From an uncultured Methylomirabilota bacterium (lineage in GTDB: Bacteria; Methylomirabilota; Methylomirabilia; Methylomirabilales; 2-02-FULL-66-22), in assembly GCA_963705305.1 (NCBI GenBank), contig OY970067.1:2144001-2208000 (forward strand): DNA of 64,000 nt. The letters run 5' to 3'. The notes beneath the pieces are model-generated. The model had not been told where the DNA came from, did no database searches, and saw only the letters and a program-made list of their open reading frames with translations. The translations under genes were made by a program, and so were the position numbers. The stretch's first letter is position 1, and every line of letters begins with the position of its first letter. Positions 38,431 through 48,078 of the stretch are shown here, in pieces.

Positions 38431-39624
38431 TCATTGGATCGCGGGCACGCCGGCAAACGGGCTGTCCGGACGCCGCAGCAGCGAGGCGAGCATCGTGATA
38501 AAAACGGCTGTCATCACCGGGTGCCAAAAGAGGGCGAAGTAATTTCCGAACACCGGGCGCAGCAGGTTGGGCAGAAGGCTCATGGACAAGCAGAGGGACG
38601 CCGCCAGCCATCCGAACCTGCGCGCCGTGGGGGCGCCGATCGCCGCCGTGGCCCAGAGTCCCATGGCCGGGGCGAGAATCACGTAGCTGTTGGCTTCGTT
38701 CATTGGGTTGAACAGCATCAGGTAGGATGTGGTAAGCGCCAGGAGCCACATGGCCCGGAAGGGCTCGCGGAGCCGCTCGGCCCCGATCCACCACAACAGC
38801 AGGGCCACCCCTCCGGCTGCGACGCGCAGGAGTAACGATATGCGGGTCGGCAGCTCCCAGCCCAAGGTCCGGATAACGCCGCCGATGTCCGCGAAACGGT
38901 GCTGGGTAACCGCCGCGCACGCTTGAATGTTCGCAAAAAACGCTCTATGTTGGGCTGCGACGTAAACGGCGGGCGCGAACAAAAAAGGCAGCAAGAACAG
39001 TGCGGCAAGCACCGGAAGGATGCGCAGGCGCAGCGGCGCGTAAACCGCCACCGCCAGAAGCAGCAGCACGGCGCCCAGAGGTTTTACGCCGAGCGCGAGC
39101 ACAATGAAGGTCGAAGCCCGCCACCACTGCCGGCGCGGCAGACACGCCGCGGCGTGCAGGGTGAGCGCCGCAAATATCCCGTTTGCCTGTCCGTTTCTAA
39201 GTGCGTCGAGGCACAGGGGCATCGTGAAAAGCGAAGCATAAAGAAAAGCCCGGGCAATATCGGGGCCGAATTCTTCCCGCTGAAAGCGCCAGACGCCCGT
39301 TGCCAGGAGGGCCACCGTGCACAGGCGCCAGAGGATATCGCCCACCGGCACGGGCAGCCAATGGAAAGGGGCAAACAGCACCGGGAACTGAGGCAGGTAG
39401 TTCATGCCTCCGGGGCCGCGGTAGATGTCTTTCCCGGCCCACCAGTCGGCGCTCGCCTGATGGTAGAGGTGGGTGACGCTGCGGTGCGCGGGGTTTGCGG
39501 CCACCAGGACGGAGATAACCAGGAAGGGGATCAGCCAGATCAACACCCCAAGCCATAACTGCCGGCCCCTGTCGTCGAGCCGGCCCGGCCCTTTTGCCTG
39601 GTCGCGCGCAGCTATTTCGGACAT
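38431..39624 (-). CDS. GT87/DUF2029-like integral membrane glycosyltransferase
   Basis: NYLPQF, NGQAN, KPLG motifs; many TMs. Confidence 0.75.
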   Translation of the reverse strand: MSEIAARDQAKGPGRLDDRGRQLWLGVLIWLIPFLVISVLVAANPAHRSVTHLYHQASADWWAGKDIYRGPGGMNYLPQFPVLFAPFHWLPVPVGDILWRLCTVALLATGVWRFQREEFGPDIARAFLYASLFTMPLCLDALRNGQANGIFAALTLHAAACLPRRQWWRASTFIVLALGVKPLGAVLLLLAVAVYAPLRLRILPVLAALFLLPFLFAPAVYVAAQHRAFFANIQACAAVTQHRFADIGGVIRTLGWELPTRISLLLRVAAGGVALLLWWIGAERLREPFRAMWLLALTTSYLMLFNPMNEANSYVILAPAMGLWATAAIGAPTARRFGWLAASLCLSMSLLPNLLRPVFGNYFALFWHPVMTAVFITMLASLLRRPDSPFAGVPAIQ

Positions 39625-39900
39625 ATGACGACCACGTTGAACAAAAGGCCCGTCCTCGTGGTCAGGGCGAACATCGCGGCGGTTTTTTTCGGGCCCTGGC
39701 CCTGGACGAGATCCGGCAGTTAAGGTAGTAGTTACAGCAAACGCTGACCAGGTAGCCGGCAACGGAAGAAGGAACCGGATCGAACTTCAACCGCTGCACG
39801 AGCAGAATCAGTATGCAGAACTGAATAAGGGTCGCAAGGGCGCCGACGCAGGCAAACCTCCACAACTGGGAGAAGGTCTCGCGGGCGCTGACCGGATAGG
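39612..39900 (-). pseudogene. gtrA: GtrA family flippase, frameshifted/truncated
   Basis: LWRFACVGALATLI...NYYLN; similarity resumes in another frame after the A7 run (forward T7, 39683-39689) as AMFALT...GLLFNVVVI, then stops early. Confidence 0.6.
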
Positions 39901-40198
39901 AAGTTGGAAAACGCCCTCGGCTGGACTCCGGGGCCGGAGGACACGGACCGGCCCGGGGGCGGCCGCACCGACGGGAGAACCCGCGAGGAACGCAAGATGC
40001 GGCGGACGCTACCACCAGCGGGCGAAGGGTGTCAAGCGGAATACCGGGAGCGGTAGTGTATCACTGATCAGTGGGGGCAGGCCAGAGCCAGGCAGGACTC
40101 GAACCGGAGGTCTCGCCTCCAGTGGCCGAGATCCGCGCCTCGGGCCGCCGTCGGCCGGCCTGAGACCCCCTCCGCCTCTGCCTCCAACCTCCGACACT

Positions 40199-40242
40199 CG
40201 TCATCGAACTGTGAGACAAATGTCAACAAATTGTCACGGCGA
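40199..40242 (+). promoter_or_regulatory. Pho-box-like direct repeat array
   Basis: GTCA/GTGA cores at 40200, 40211, 40222, 40233 (11-bp period) upstream of the acid phosphatase. Confidence 0.7.
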
Positions 40243-40324
40243 TTCTCAAGAATTCCCCACGTTCCCCAGACCGTCGATCGCGTCGCATCCCCGCATTTCC
40301 CGTTGGCACTGGGAGGAAAGACCT

Positions 40325-41023
40325 ATGCGAAGGCTTCGGGTCATGGTGGTGTGCGCCCTGCTCGTCGCGTGCCCGGGACTCCTGCCCGCACACGCCGGTG
40401 AGTCGTTCTTCGTCTCCCCCGACACCGTCAACCTGCTCGTCCTGCTCCCGCCGCCGCCTGGGCCGCAGGACCCCGTCACGGGGGCGGAGCTCGACGAGCT
40501 CCGGCAGCTCCAGGCGACGCGCACGCCTGCGCGGGTGGCGGTCGCGCAGGCGGACGCGGAAATAACGGTGTTCCGCCTCCTGATCGTCTTCAACAGGCCA
40601 CTCACGCCCGCGCAGCTCCCGAAGACGGCCGCTTTTTTCAAGAAGCTGATGGCGGATGAGGAGGTCGCCACCGCTCCGGCCAAAGCGGGGTTCGCCCGCC
40701 CGCGCCCGTACGCGGTCGCCAGCGATCTCCAGCCGGTATGTCCCCGCCCCCGCAGTGAGGCGTATCCGTCCGGCCACACGACCACGGGCTACTACATGGG
40801 AGTGGTGCTGGCGGCGATGGTCCCGGAGCAGCGCGCGGCCATCTTCGCCCGGACTCAGGAATTCGCGGAGAGTCGGCTGATCTGCGGCGTGCATTACCGG
40901 AGCGACATCGAGGCCGGACGCACCGCCGGAACCGTGCTCGCCGCAATTGCCATGAATCAGCCGCAGTTCCGGGCCGAGTTCGCCGAGGCGAGAGCCGAGC
41001 TGCGCGCGGCCCTCGGGATGTGA
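40325..41023 (+). CDS. PAP2-family class A non-specific acid phosphatase (PhoC/PhoN-like), secreted
   Basis: KAGFARPRP, YPSGH, SRLICGVHYRSD; signal peptide. Confidence 0.92.
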   Translation: MRRLRVMVVCALLVACPGLLPAHAGESFFVSPDTVNLLVLLPPPPGPQDPVTGAELDELRQLQATRTPARVAVAQADAEITVFRLLIVFNRPLTPAQLPKTAAFFKKLMADEEVATAPAKAGFARPRPYAVASDLQPVCPRPRSEAYPSGHTTTGYYMGVVLAAMVPEQRAAIFARTQEFAESRLICGVHYRSDIEAGRTAGTVLAAIAMNQPQFRAEFAEARAELRAALGM

Positions 41024-41523
41024 ACGGTCGCCCTCCGCGTCTGGCCTGGTCCTGGACCGTCTCGGGGCGGCGCCTTGAGTGCAAGGCGGGGACCGGGTAA
41101 TGCGGATCGCGTTGGGCGGTTCCGAATGAGTGCCAGTGCATTGAGGGGATGGGCCAGAATCTGGAGGTTCCGGTCATGGCGGCTGAAGACTACCGACGCA
41201 TGGCGACGCTGAGTTTTGAAGGGGGAGTGGTAGCGAGGGCGAAGATGGTCGCAATTGCCATGAAGACAATGCGCGCTAAACAGGAGCCCCCATCGCCCAA
41301 CCCGTCCACCCGCCGCTCCCAGGACTCGCCCTTCGAGACGTAGCGCTACGGGCGCCGGAGCTTCGCCGCCACCCCTGCCTGCGTCAGCCCCGCCGCCAGC
41401 CGGGCGTCTCGGGGGGATCCCCTGAGGACGACAACGACAGAAAGAGGTTAGAACGGGTGGGAAGGGGAGCGGGAGACGGCCGCGCCTCAAACCGGTGAGC
41501 GGCCGCGCACGATCCGTTGCCGA

Positions 41524-41736
41524 TCATTGACGGCGCTCGCCAAGGCCCCCCATCCGAGGCGGGGAGACAGCAGCGGTCTGCAGGGCCCCGCGGTACAGGC
41601 GCTGCCAGGTCTCGACGGACTGCCGGTGAAAGGCGTCCTGGAGCCATCCCAAGGAGCCGACGCTGGTCACGGCCAGGACCAGGGCCAGAACGAGCGCCAC
41701 ATGCAGCCAGGTATTGACGGCGGTCAGCTTGAGCAT
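41524..41736 (-). CDS. Small single-TM hypothetical protein (MLKLTAVNTW...), preceded in frame by a CBS-domain-like fragment
   Basis: RBS AGGAGG before the ATG; one hydrophobic helix; upstream MKMVEAMSREVVSLRPEDSIQEAARL resembles the start of a CBS domain. Confidence 0.45.
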   Translation of the reverse strand: MLKLTAVNTWLHVALVLALVLAVTSVGSLGWLQDAFHRQSVETWQRLYRGALQTAAVSPPRMGGLGERRQ

Positions 41737-41909
41737 TGTCGGCACCTCCTGCCGCCCCGCCGGGCGCACACCGCACGGCGTCGCTCCCCTCAGCCGCGCC
41801 GCCTCTTGAATGGAATCCTCCGGCCTGAGGCTCACCACCTCTCGGCTCATGGCCTCTACCATCTTCATCGCCCTGCTCCTTACGGGTCATTCCTCGCGAC
41901 CCGCACCCT

Positions 41910-42386
41910 CTAGTGCAGACTGGGTGCCCTAGGGCCCTGGGGAGTCTCCGCGTCCTCGCCGTGCAGTCCGCGCTGCCCAGCCGCCATGAACCGGCGCTCC
42001 CACCTCTCCAGCTCCCGGACGGGCACATGGCTCTCCGCGGCGACGGCCTCCGCCGGCTCTCCCCGGAGGAGGCGGAGCACCAGGCCCGTCCTCCCTTGGA
42101 CGCTCCCCGGATTGGAGAGATCGCCTCCGCGATCCGCCTGGTGGGCCTCGAAGAGCGCCACAGGATGCTCAAGCGCCGGAGTCCCAGAGGACTGCCAGGT
42201 CTCCGTCACGAGGGCCGCCGCCTGCAGCGTGACGAGGAACATCGCCACGAGACCGAGTACGGAGAGCGTTCGCCAAAAGGGTCCCAGCCTCTCCTGCCGC
42301 CGCGAGCGATCCATGCTCCCGGTCTCTGGATCCTCGAGACCCCCGGTCCCACGGCGGGCACCATTAGACGATCCCTGGGCACGCAT
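41910..42386 (-). CDS. Single-TM protein with C-terminal transposase-type HTH
   Basis: RBS GAGGAGG; TM segment; VLRLLRGE...VPVRELERWERRFMAAG. Confidence 0.55.
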   Translation of the reverse strand: MRAQGSSNGARRGTGGLEDPETGSMDRSRRQERLGPFWRTLSVLGLVAMFLVTLQAAALVTETWQSSGTPALEHPVALFEAHQADRGGDLSNPGSVQGRTGLVLRLLRGEPAEAVAAESHVPVRELERWERRFMAAGQRGLHGEDAETPQGPRAPSLH

Positions 42387-42849
42387 GTTGACCTCCTCGA
42401 AGGAGCCCCTACCCCCGGTTCCACCCCGATCCGACGGGGGGGCGCACCGTAGTGAGGTGAAGCCGCATGGGAGCTCTCCTCTGCCCGCGGGCGGCCCTCC
42501 CGCACTTTCCAGCATCACGATACGCAGGCAGCCGCACGGTGCCTAGTAAAGAGACGCACAAGAAGGCCCCCAAACTCGTCAAGAGCCCTCAATGTCCCGT
42601 GCGGGCGGCGGGCGTCCGGCCGTGCCCAAGATGCCAGGAGTGGTGGGGTGTTGGGCGTGCGGACCCTTGCGGCGCGCACGCCGCTCGGGTGTAAAGATCC
42701 ATCAAGATGGGGGCCCTTTTTACCCCGCGATTCCCCCTCGTGCATTTCCAGTCCTCCGTGTTGCTGGACCTTGAGGCCCCCTCCTGCTCTCGTCATGCCC
42801 ATGGGTATGTGCCCTACCCCATCATGTGGAATGGTGGTATTCTTTCAGC

Positions 42850-43497
42850 ATGAGGAGCCCGTTCCGGATAACAGCGAAGGCTCGGATTTCTTGCAACACG
42901 TGTCACCCGGGCGATCCCTCTTCGCGGCACATTATCCGACTGCAGGTGGCGACCCTCGCCTGGATGCTGATCGAGTGCGGCATCGCCCTGGTCGCGGCCT
43001 GGCGGGCGCAGAGCCCTGCGCTCCTGGCCTTCGGCGCCGACAGCTTCGTGGAACTGCTGTCCGCCACGGTGGTGCTGCTCCAGTTCGTCCCCGCCTTCAC
43101 TCTCGGCGAGGCGCGGGCTGCCCGCTGGGCCGGAATGCTCCTGTTCGTGCTGGCGGGCGTGGTTGCGGTCACGGCTCTCGTGGCGTTGACCGGCAGCCTC
43201 GAGCCGGAGCCGAGCTGGCTGGGGATCGGGGTCACGGTCGCCGCGCTCGTCGCCATGCCGGTTTTGAGCGGGGCCAAGCGGCGCGCGGCACGGCGGCTGC
43301 GCAATAGCGCTTTGGCCGCCGATGCCGTGCAATCGGCCACCTGCGCGTATCTTGCGGCCATTACGCTGCTCGGGCTCGCGCTCAATGCCGGATTCTCCAT
43401 GCCCTGGATCGATCCGGCCGCCGCCCTCGTCGCGGTGCCACTCATCTGCCTGGAGGGGAGGCGCGCGCTTCGCGGGGAAGCCTGTGGGTGCTGCTGA
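42850..43497 (+). CDS. Cation efflux (CDF-like) membrane protein
   Basis: ALLAFGADSFVEL, SALAADA, WIDPAAAL, C-terminal CGCC. Confidence 0.8.
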   Translation: MRSPFRITAKARISCNTCHPGDPSSRHIIRLQVATLAWMLIECGIALVAAWRAQSPALLAFGADSFVELLSATVVLLQFVPAFTLGEARAARWAGMLLFVLAGVVAVTALVALTGSLEPEPSWLGIGVTVAALVAMPVLSGAKRRAARRLRNSALAADAVQSATCAYLAAITLLGLALNAGFSMPWIDPAAALVAVPLICLEGRRALRGEACGCC

Positions 43498-43936
43498 CCC
43501 CATCCCGATAGTGCCTCACCGCCAAGGCGCCAAGAATCGCACGGATGATACGGGCAAGATGCGGAAGACTGGAACCGCGTGACGTCCCCTAAGAGGGCCG
43601 CTGGCTCGAATCGCGGCCGCCGGACTCCTTGGACTGCGGTGTCTCGGCGTCGTGGCGGCCGAAGGGCACTTGCGATCCAAGGGCGCGTCCATCAATTCGG
43701 AGCTGCGGAGGAGACCCAGGGGCGTACCGGGGGCTCAAACCCGGACTCTGTGATCTCTCCCCTGGCTCAGAACTCCTCATCTGCTCCTTGACCCCTCTGC
43801 GATACGGGGGTACAGTCCTTCACAAACGTCCCGGCGGGTATGGCCCGGGCGAGGACCCTGCGGGCCCATACAGACGCCGGGGCGTCCGGCGATACCTGCC
43901 CTCCGGACCCCTCTTCAAGCTGCTTGCGGAGAGACC

Positions 43937-44521
43937 ATGATGCGGTCCACATGCATCGTCGCGCTCCTGTTGCTCTTGGTTCTCCCCTGCACGGCGGCCG
44001 AGTCTCCGTTTCGTACGGGCGTCCTCGAGCCGCCGGCCCCGGCGCCGGACTTCACCCTCCACAGTGACCGGGGCACGACGGTCCGCCTCCACGACTGGCG
44101 AGGCAATGTCGTGCTGCTCTACTTCGGGTACACCTCGTGTCCCGATGTCTGCCCCACCACCCTGGCCGAATTCGCCGAGGTCCGGAAGCAGCTCGGCGCG
44201 GCCGCCCAGCACCTCCGGGTCGCCTTCGTGACCGTCGATCCCGCGCGCGATACCCCGGCGCGGCTTCGCGTATACACCCGCGCCTTCGACGCCACCTTCG
44301 TCGGCCTGACCGGCCCCAAGACCACCCTGGCCAAGGTCTGGAAGGCCTACGGGGTCTATGTGAAGAGCCACCGGGTGCCCGGCTCGTCCGAGGGCTACGT
44401 GGTGGACCATTCGGCCACCACGTTCGTGATCGACGCCAAAGGAGACCTGCGCCTGGCCATCCCGTTCGGGACTCCGGTGGATGACATCTGCCACGACCTT
44501 CAACTCCTATTGCCGAGGTGA
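43937..44521 (+). CDS. SCO1/SenC copper chaperone
   Basis: FGYTSCPDVCP, VDPARDT, VDHS. Confidence 0.93.
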   Translation: MMRSTCIVALLLLLVLPCTAAESPFRTGVLEPPAPAPDFTLHSDRGTTVRLHDWRGNVVLLYFGYTSCPDVCPTTLAEFAEVRKQLGAAAQHLRVAFVTVDPARDTPARLRVYTRAFDATFVGLTGPKTTLAKVWKAYGVYVKSHRVPGSSEGYVVDHSATTFVIDAKGDLRLAIPFGTPVDDICHDLQLLLPR

Positions 44522-44524
44522 CTC

Positions 44525-45001
44525 ATGCGCTTCCCCGTCGTGTGCTCTCTCAGCCTCGCCGTCTGCGTGTTCGGCCTCGCGCCCCTGGCCCGGGGGGCGC
44601 AGATTCCCCGGGCCGCCTCCGTCCGAGTGACTGACGCCTGGGCCCGGCAGGCCCCCATGCTGATGCCCCAGCCGGGCCGGAGGCACGGTGACACCGGCAA
44701 TGGGGCCGTCTACGTGACCCTCCGCAACTTCGTCTCCCACCCGGATGCCCTGCTCCGGGCGACGAGCCCCGCCGCCGAACGGGTGGAGCTGCACGAGACG
44801 CTCCGCGAGGGAGACGTGATGCGGATGCGCCCCGTGGCCAAGCTGGCGGTGCCCGCCGGCGGGGTCCTGGCCATGAAGCCGGGGGGATTTCACATCATGT
44901 TGATCAACCTGAGGCGCCCATTGCATCCGGGGGATCGCATCCCGATCACGCTCACCTTCGCCCATGCGGCCCCCCTATCGCTGGACGTCCCGGTTCGCTG
45001 A
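44525..45001 (+). CDS. Copper chaperone PCu(A)C
   Basis: DAWAR, VELHET, MRMRP, PGGFHIML. Confidence 0.92.
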   Translation: MRFPVVCSLSLAVCVFGLAPLARGAQIPRAASVRVTDAWARQAPMLMPQPGRRHGDTGNGAVYVTLRNFVSHPDALLRATSPAAERVELHETLREGDVMRMRPVAKLAVPAGGVLAMKPGGFHIMLINLRRPLHPGDRIPITLTFAHAAPLSLDVPVR

Positions 45002-45020
45002 CGGGGCGCGGTGTGCACTG

Positions 45021-45524
45021 ATGAGGGTCCGGTGGTTCCCCCTGCTCGGGGGGGTCCTGGTTCTGATCGGTGGCCTGGCGACCGTCGGCTGGCTCGCGCT
45101 GGCACCGGTGGCGCCCCGCCCGCCCGGTGAGCGGGAGCTGGTGTATGTGATCCCGAAGGGAGCAGCCGCCAGGCTGGGCAGCCCCGACCAATACGCCCTG
45201 CCGTCGACCGTTCGCCTCATGATGGGGGTGCGGGACATCCTGGTCCTCCGCAACGACGATGTGGTCCCCATGCAGCTGGGGCCGGTGCGGCTGGCCCCCG
45301 GCCAAACCTACCGCCTTCCCTTCCACCAGCCCGGGGCGCTCCAGCTGGCGTGCTCCTTCCATCAGGGAATCAGCTTCCTCATCCTCATAGACCCCCCGCC
45401 GCCCCCCGGATGGGCGCGACTCTTGTGGCGGCTTGGATGGTCAAACGGATACGGTGCGGAGGACCCGGCCGAAGCATCGCCCGAACCCCAGGGGCTCTTG
45501 TCCTGTGCCGTCTGCTGGGGCTAG
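45021..45524 (+). CDS. Hypothetical membrane-anchored, cupredoxin-like protein
   Basis: N-terminal TM; YVIPKG; ACSFH; in operon with SCO/PCuAC. Confidence 0.5.
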   Translation: MRVRWFPLLGGVLVLIGGLATVGWLALAPVAPRPPGERELVYVIPKGAAARLGSPDQYALPSTVRLMMGVRDILVLRNDDVVPMQLGPVRLAPGQTYRLPFHQPGALQLACSFHQGISFLILIDPPPPPGWARLLWRLGWSNGYGAEDPAEASPEPQGLLSCAVCWG

Positions 45525-45964
45525 GTGGCGTGCGTCCCCTCGACATCCAGCGGGCGAAGGCGTTCGGCCCCGGCGGCTCGGAGAAGTTGCGCGTCCGCCG
45601 CGGCGAACGTGATGTCCTCATCCAGGGCGCGCTTGAGGCTGAGGGCGGAGGCGAGATGGATGGCGTCGAAAGCCCTCAGGGGGTGGCGCTGAATCAGTTC
45701 GCGGGCCAACACCAGGATCTCATCGCGGAGGTCAATGCGGGTGAAAACCTTCCATTCCTCTTCGAACCGACGCACTGCGAGGGCGTATTGGACCCGGGAG
45801 AGATCCCCGGCCCGCTGCTTCCGGGTGAGAACACCGTATGTTTCCGCGTAGGCGATCTTCGCGGTTGCCACCCTCGCCTCGCTGGTCAGGAGCGAATAGA
45901 CGAGGGGAGATCCCGGCTCGACAAGAAAGCGTTTGATCAGCGCGCTCGTGTCGAAGTAGATCAC
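45521..45964 (-). CDS. vapC: VapC PIN-domain toxin
   Basis: YFDTSALIK, LRAFDAIHLASA, AADAQL. Confidence 0.92.
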   Translation of the reverse strand: MIYFDTSALIKRFLVEPGSPLVYSLLTSEARVATAKIAYAETYGVLTRKQRAGDLSRVQYALAVRRFEEEWKVFTRIDLRDEILVLARELIQRHPLRAFDAIHLASALSLKRALDEDITFAAADAQLLRAAGAERLRPLDVEGTHAT

Positions 45965-46239
45965 CGCCGGTCCTCCAGGATCATCTGGGAGGCGAGCGGA
46001 CCTTTGGCACGGATCGGACGGAACCGCGAAGCCTTTCGGGTCGGGAGGGTCAACAAGCCTTGGGCGGCGAGCTGGGCCAGCTGGGCCTCCTGGCTCCTGA
46101 CCTGCCTGGCCGATTCGATCGGCTGGAGCAGGGCGATGGGCTTCCCCCGGTCAGTGACAATCACCTCTTCCCCCCGCATCGCTCGCCGAAGGTAATGCGT
46201 GAGGCGGTTCTTCAACTCCCTGACACCGACGCTGCTCAT
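45961..46239 (-). CDS. Phd/YefM family antitoxin
   Basis: VGVRELKNRLTHYL...GEEVIVTDRGKPIA; 4-bp overlap with the toxin. Confidence 0.92.
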   Translation of the reverse strand: MSSVGVRELKNRLTHYLRRAMRGEEVIVTDRGKPIALLQPIESARQVRSQEAQLAQLAAQGLLTLPTRKASRFRPIRAKGPLASQMILEDRR

Positions 46240-46253
46240 AGCCTGCTCCTTTC

Positions 46254-46288
46254 AGTAGCTATTGTAGCTACTTCAGATGGGAAGTCAA
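46254..46288 (-). promoter_or_regulatory. TA promoter with palindromic operator
   Basis: Minus-strand TTGACT-16-TACAAT overlapped by AGTAGCTA-TTG-TAGCTACT (46254-46272). Confidence 0.75.
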
Positions 46289-46433
46289 TGAGAGGGCGGA
46301 AGGCGATTCAGTTCATGGAGAGGGAGGCCTTGCGCCGGTCCCCGCCGGCAGAATCCGCTTGACGCAGGCGAGCGATCCCGCCAAAGTTACGGTGTCGTGC
46401 CGTAGCAGGCGGCCGCACTGGAGGAGCAACGCC

Positions 46434-47801
46434 ATGGCGACGCTGAGAGAGCTGGAACCGCGGGCACAGGAGATCCTGGCGCGCGAGCAACGTGTCTATG
46501 AACAGAGCAATCCGCGATCGAAAGAGGCCTACCAGCGATCGCGCCGGGTGCTCCCCGGCGGTGTCTCCCGCGGCCTGTGCTTCTTCCCGCCGTTCCCGTG
46601 CCAGACGGCCTCCGGCGAGGGCTGCTGGATGGTGGATATCGACAGCAACCGCCGCCTGGACCTCTTCAACTGCGCCACGACCCTCATCCTCGGTTACCGG
46701 CCTCCGGCCGTCGTGAAGGCGGTGGAGGAACAGCTCGGCCGCGGCACTGCCTTCCAGACCAACAGCGGGCTCGAGACGATCCTGGCCGAAATGCTGGTGG
46801 ACCGGGTGGCCTCGCTCGAGCAGGTCCGCTTCACGAACAGTGGGAGCGAGGGGACCCAGATGGCCATCCGGGCCGCCCGGGCTTTCACCGGACGCTCGGC
46901 GATCGCCAAGATGGAAGGCGGCTACCACGGCTCGCACGATTCGGTGGAGGTCAGCGTCCGTCCGCCCGCCGATGCGTCCGGTCCCGCCAAGACCCCTCGG
47001 GCGGTGGCCGATTCCGCCGGGATCCCGGCCGAGGCCCTGGAGCACGTCGTGATCCTCCCCTACAACGACCTGGAGGCGGCCCGTGCCATCCTCGATCGGG
47101 AGGCCGCCCGGCTCGCCGCCGTCATCGTCGAGCCGATCTTGGGGAGCGTCGGCTTCATCCCCGGCGAGCCGGAGTTCCTTCGGGGCCTGCGGGCGGAGGC
47201 GGAGCGGCACGGCATCCTCTTCATCCTGGACGAGGTGCAGAGCTTCCGGCTGGATCGAGGCGGCGCTCAGAAGCTCTTCGGCCTCAGGCCGGATCTCACC
47301 TGTCTCGGCAAGATCATCGGGGGCGGCTTCCCGGTGGGGGCCTTCGGCGGGCGGAGGGACATCCTGGCGCTGTTCGATACGGCCTCCGGGCCGGCCCGGA
47401 TCCCCCACCACGGAACCCTCAATGCCAACCCCATCACGATGACCGCCGGCATCGCGACGCTCGAACAGCTGACGGAGCCGGTCTATGCCCGCCTCAACGG
47501 GACGGGGGATCGCCTGCGGCGGGAGCTGCGCGAACTGGGGGAGCGCTTCGGGGCGCCCATGCAGATCACCGGGATCGGCTCCATGTGGAAGATCCACTTC
47601 AGCGAGAGCCCGGTGTGGGACTATCGGTCCACCCTCCGGGCCAGCGGCCTCATCCACCGGGCTCTCTTCCTCTTCGGCTTGAATCGCGGGCTGTTCATCT
47701 CGGAGGGCGGGCGCTGCTGCCTCTCGGTCCCCATAGGAGATGCCGAGGTGGACCGGTACCTGGCGGCTGTCGAGGGGTTCCTGGCGGAGCTGACCCGCTG
47801 A
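46434..47801 (+). CDS. Class III PLP aminotransferase (glutamate-1-semialdehyde aminomutase-like paralog)
   Basis: RFTNSGSEG, EGGYHG, FILDEV, LGKIIGGGFPVG, HGTLNANP. Confidence 0.88.
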   Translation: MATLRELEPRAQEILAREQRVYEQSNPRSKEAYQRSRRVLPGGVSRGLCFFPPFPCQTASGEGCWMVDIDSNRRLDLFNCATTLILGYRPPAVVKAVEEQLGRGTAFQTNSGLETILAEMLVDRVASLEQVRFTNSGSEGTQMAIRAARAFTGRSAIAKMEGGYHGSHDSVEVSVRPPADASGPAKTPRAVADSAGIPAEALEHVVILPYNDLEAARAILDREAARLAAVIVEPILGSVGFIPGEPEFLRGLRAEAERHGILFILDEVQSFRLDRGGAQKLFGLRPDLTCLGKIIGGGFPVGAFGGRRDILALFDTASGPARIPHHGTLNANPITMTAGIATLEQLTEPVYARLNGTGDRLRRELRELGERFGAPMQITGIGSMWKIHFSESPVWDYRSTLRASGLIHRALFLFGLNRGLFISEGGRCCLSVPIGDAEVDRYLAAVEGFLAELTR

Positions 47802-48078
47802 GCGTCCGGAGCGGATTCCGCCGCACCGCCAATGAAATGCCCTCCGGGTATCGTACCCGCCGCCGCTCCATCTGCCGGGTCTCGGATCTTCCGGAGTCCT
47901 TGCGGTCGGAATGTCGGACAATCAGCCGCACCAGAGCCGATTCTGTTCAGGGTTGGAAGGGCCGAGTTGTAAGATTAGAATGATCTGGACGCGGCCCCGA
48001 GATCGGGGCCGGCCTGCACCCGTTGCGCGGCCCGGGGCAGAACCCTGAGTCCGCCGCCTCGTGGTTGAAGGGAGAATC

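Noticed and set aside
47911..47922. GntR/FadR-type operator TGTCGGACA upstream of glcD
   Set aside because: Single short dyad with no second copy or adjacent regulator; too weak to call.
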